A DNA stretch of 64,000 nt, taken from NCBI RefSeq assembly GCF_009914755.1, contig NC_060935.1; one strand, written 5' to 3'. Origin of the DNA: the human T2T-CHM13v2.0 reference genome, Homo sapiens. Below the pieces are notes generated by a model. The model saw only the letters and a program-made list of their open reading frames with translations. It was not told the origin of the DNA and did not search any database. Made by a program: the position numbers and the translations under genes. The number at the start of each line of letters is the position of its first letter. The first letter of the stretch is position 1. Shown piece by piece: positions 59,877 to 64,000 of the stretch.

Positions 59877-61883
59877 GAAGCGAAAGAAAAAAGAAAAATC
59901 CACAAAAATGTTGATCATATAACATTTTTCCTCTGAACATTGTTATGTCTGGAATGGTGCCAAAACTGCTAACTCTATACTGCTTCAAGTCTAAGGAGGT
60001 AGCAGTATCAACTAGTCTTGAAATTTATACTGTCTCTGTTCTTCCTCTATGGGAGATTTTTTTTAAATGGCTTAAACAGGTTTGACTCAGGATTTTAGTT
60101 TCTTGCAGCTGAAAACATCTTACCTCAAACAATAGACTATTGCAAGACTGTGTGTTATATTAGCCAAGTTAAAGTCAATATTAGCCAAGTTAACGTCAAT
60201 ATATTTCCTTTATTTGAAACAAACAAGAAATCCACTTTGATACTTTCATGCTTTATCTATATTTATAAAAATAGGTGAACTTTTAAAAATCAGAATTCCA
60301 AGGCAGTTTTCTTAAGTGAAATGTTTGGCATATTGCCCAAGATTTTGATACATGATACCTGTCCTAATTGTCCCTTTGAATGTCCCAGATAAAACTACAT
60401 TTCTTAGAGACAAGTTAAAAGGTCTAGATTTTTTTTTCCTTGTGACTTTTTATTCTTTGTTAAGAAATAGCTCTCAGCAAGAATATTGGGCTTTAGTGGG
60501 GAAGGTACATTTCTAATTTTTGTAACTTTATGTATTAATACTACTCAGATAAATGGTATACTACACAGGCTTGGGGAACACATTTAAAAGGCATTTTGGG
60601 TTTTAGCTGAGAATACTTTTAGAATATAAAATGCAATGTATTTTGCATTTCCTGAAATAAATAAAACAGAGCTGTACAAAATATACAGTGCAGCCCTTTG
60701 GAAAAAGAGATATCCTAGCTCAGGGCAAGCCGTTTGATGGAAATAGCATTTTCTCCAAGCAGATGGGGCTGGCTCCACTTAGTCCTGCAGAGGGCCAGGG
60801 GGACTTGTTTGTGTGCAGAGCCTTGGTCTAATGCCAGGAGAGCCAGCTTGTAAAGTTATTCCCATAGGGCTCATTCCCGTCTGCCCAGCATCACCCCTGA
60901 CACAAACAAAACAGCCACGGGCCTCCTTCATTTCTTTAAGATGAATGAATGCTGCCGTAAAGAAGGACTTTTATTGAACTGTGTGACATGATGCAGAAAG
61001 AATGCTGTAGTGAAACACAAAACTATATGTTATAAACGTCAACATAAGAGAAGTAGTTTGGGGTGCATTTTCTGATGTCTACCTTACTATAAGATGTTTT
61101 GACGGATAAGTTATAGTAGTAAAAGGCTGTCTCCATAGTATTGGAAATACCTGCTGGATTTTTCTGAGGTCGTCTTGGTTGTAAGGACAGAAATACATTC
61201 AGGCTAGCACACAGCTGAGACGTTAAGTGAAACACAAGCTCACGCAAATCTGAGAGTGGGAACCAGGGGACAGGGCCTAGCAGTGCTGGGAGCTTGAGGC
61301 TTTATTCTGGATCCAGAGCTGCTATCTGGGGCCCAGAGCAGCAGGTGCTTCTGGATCTTGCACTCAAAGGCTGTGAGTGGATGTGGCCCAGCCACCGTCT
61401 GCTTGGGTGTGCTGCCGCCAGCTGGCTACCAGCCTTCTGCTCTGTTTCATCACCTTGCAGTCTCCACCCCCTCACCATTTCTAGTTTCTCTTAATGCTCT
61501 CCATGCATCTCTGGCTCATTGCAGTCCCTCTAAACCATTTACTCCCTCTTATCCTTACAGCTTCTCTTCTTGCACCTCACCCTCTCATTCCCTCAGTATT
61601 TTCTAGTTCAGCCCCCTAAGGAGACAGACAGGCTTATGGCCCAGATTGTCTTTGTGCTCTGGGCCATGTCACTGTCCCTGACCCTCCCTGGTCCAGGTGG
61701 CAGTAGCTGGCAAGCCATAGGGGTTCAGTGGGACAGAGAGTAGTCAGCCAAGGCAGCTTCCTTCAGCAAGAGCTTTGGACATAGACCTGATTGACACATC
61801 TGGTTCAACCAAATATTACAAAATAGTTTGGGTGTAACCCTCTGATGCCATTTTATGATAGACACTTTAAGATAGATGGTTTA

Positions 61884-62215
<332 letters not shown>

Positions 62216-62589
62216 TCAGGATCTAAGATCTAGATATATAACCAGGAGTAAGCATTACACTTAAACTCTTCATGCCAGAGTCAGTGCCTCTGTCTTAGGA
62301 TGTTTGTCATAAAAGGAGGGCATAGAGAAGAATGTTTTCCTTTGAGACAGAGGTGGTGAGATGAGAGAACTTAGCTTCAGCAGCCTGATGTTATCAGGTG
62401 TCGAGTGGGCTTTGTAGGAGAAAAGCGGGATCAGGATGATGGTGGTGTGCCGAGTATTAAATATTTGACTAAGTTGATTGGAATACGATAACAGCTTTAA
62501 TTGGAAGAACCTAAGGACATGCCCATAAATGGTTCAATTTATGAAGCCCATTCATGGATCTATTTAGGAGGTTGAGTTCATGCAAACAA

Positions 62590-62810
62590 TAACAGTAATT
62601 CTTGGGTCTCTACTATAGTAAGTCAAGCACTGAGCCAAGATCTTTCACTGGCCACCCCGTTTCATCCTCATGGCAGCCTTTTAGGACACTTAGGCTTGTT
62701 ATCTCTATTTGACAACTGCAGAAATTAAGTTTTAGGGAGGCCAAGCAACTTTCTCAGGGTTGCAAGGTGATGACCTGGCTGAAATTTTGAATTTGGGTCT
62801 CTGCCTAATA
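62590..62810 (-). mobile_element. MIR
   Basis: gtcaagcactgagccaag...ttcatcctcatggcagcc...aagcaactttctcagggt. Confidence 0.55.
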
Positions 62811-64000
62811 GACAGACATAAAAATAGGACACTGGGTCTCATTTTTTCTGGTGCTGCTCTCATGCCACCTCCTTCCACCCAAGCAGCTTTTGCTTAGCAG
62901 TGACAATTCACCATCCAGCCTTTAGGGTTCTGTATAGTGGCTTAAGACAGGAATACTTGTCATGCGGTGCAGAACTTGCTGGGAAGAGCATCCAGGAGGG
63001 AAAGAGACACTTGGGGGCAGACACCAGAGCCTTGTAGGGTGTGCCAGTTGCCTGTTGTATGACAGTCTCCTAAGAGACTTTACTGGTGCAAGCTGGTGGC
63101 CCTACACACTACCAGGTCACACACAGTGCTCAGCTAGAAGGAGGGAGACGGTGAGGAGGTCATTCTGTTCCTTTTAACACTTCTGGAGGGTGTGTAGAGG
63201 TGTGCTCTCACAGTCAGGGCAGGTGAACCCTCAAATTTTATGAAGAGCTTAGGTGAGACAGGGGACATGTGTGAAAGCAGTCATGTCTAAAGTAGAAATT
63301 ATTTCTGCATGCACCGGCAAAACATTAGCACCCATAAAAGTCTCTGCTTTTTATTGCTACTTCTTCACTGATGAGTGTTTGTGAGGAGAGGGTGCTTCCA
63401 ACCGATGTTTGCATTAAAGGAATTTGTTAGGTCTAAGAACATACCAAATACAGTGTTCTCAAGGTTTGGAGCATTAAGCCTTCTTTAATTCAGAGTTTTG
63501 TCAACGTGTTGCAACAACCTATGAATCAGAGGATGACAGTTTGAATCCTTGACTCTTCAGCAGTTTCCATGAGGTAGAAGAAACTGCTCCACCTTCTCTC
63601 AGAGGACCTGAGAGACACTCTTCGTTTACTACAGCTCGAGAGGTTTGTTGTTTGGTCCCTTGGAGCTGGAAGAGGTGAATGAGGCAGACTGGAAAAATAA
63701 AACAGTTATTATACAATACACTTGGATGGAAATTTAATTGTGTTTAGACATGAACAAACTTTTTTAAAAGGCAGATACAAAGTTATTATGCTTTTCAAAT
63801 CTTTAGAATGTATTTTTGAAGATTCTCCTTCTCTTCAACCTTTAAATAAGAACCAGTAGAAATAGTGCAACTTTTTGAGAAAACAATGGTTAGTATTCCC
63901 CTGATATCACAGCCAGCTTATTTAGCAAGCAAGTAATTCCCAGGGCTGTGGTGACTTCATCAATGCATCTGATGCACAAACGAAAACATCCTTCACTTCT

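Overview
Human (or very closely related great-ape) genomic DNA containing the 5' end of NCAM1 (neural cell adhesion molecule 1) on the + strand. The window holds about 7.8 kb of upstream sequence, a TATA-less CpG-island promoter, and exon 1, whose 52 coding nt (8029-8080) encode the signal peptide MLQTKDLIWTLFFLGTA. The remaining ~56 kb is the start of the very long intron 1; exon 2 is not in the window. The other ORFs in the track are either repeat remnants or chance frames. The rest is a typical vertebrate repeat landscape: a near-full-length ancient antisense L1MA, a young 5'-truncated L1PA2-type insertion with a perfect TSD, nine Alus or Alu fragments, LTRs, L2/MIR, DNA-transposon fossils and a U7 snRNA pseudogene. 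I found no support for a wholly new biological system. The best leads are: (i) a spliced antisense transcription unit overlapping the promoter; (ii) a weak exon-1 donor followed by intronic poly(A) signals, with an open in-frame 5' leader; (iii) an unidentified retroposed poly(A) insert inside the old L1; (iv) several local templated duplications and fold-back scars; (v) CpG-retaining candidate enhancers. Repeat subfamily names come from recalled consensus sequences and need RepeatMasker/Dfam confirmation.
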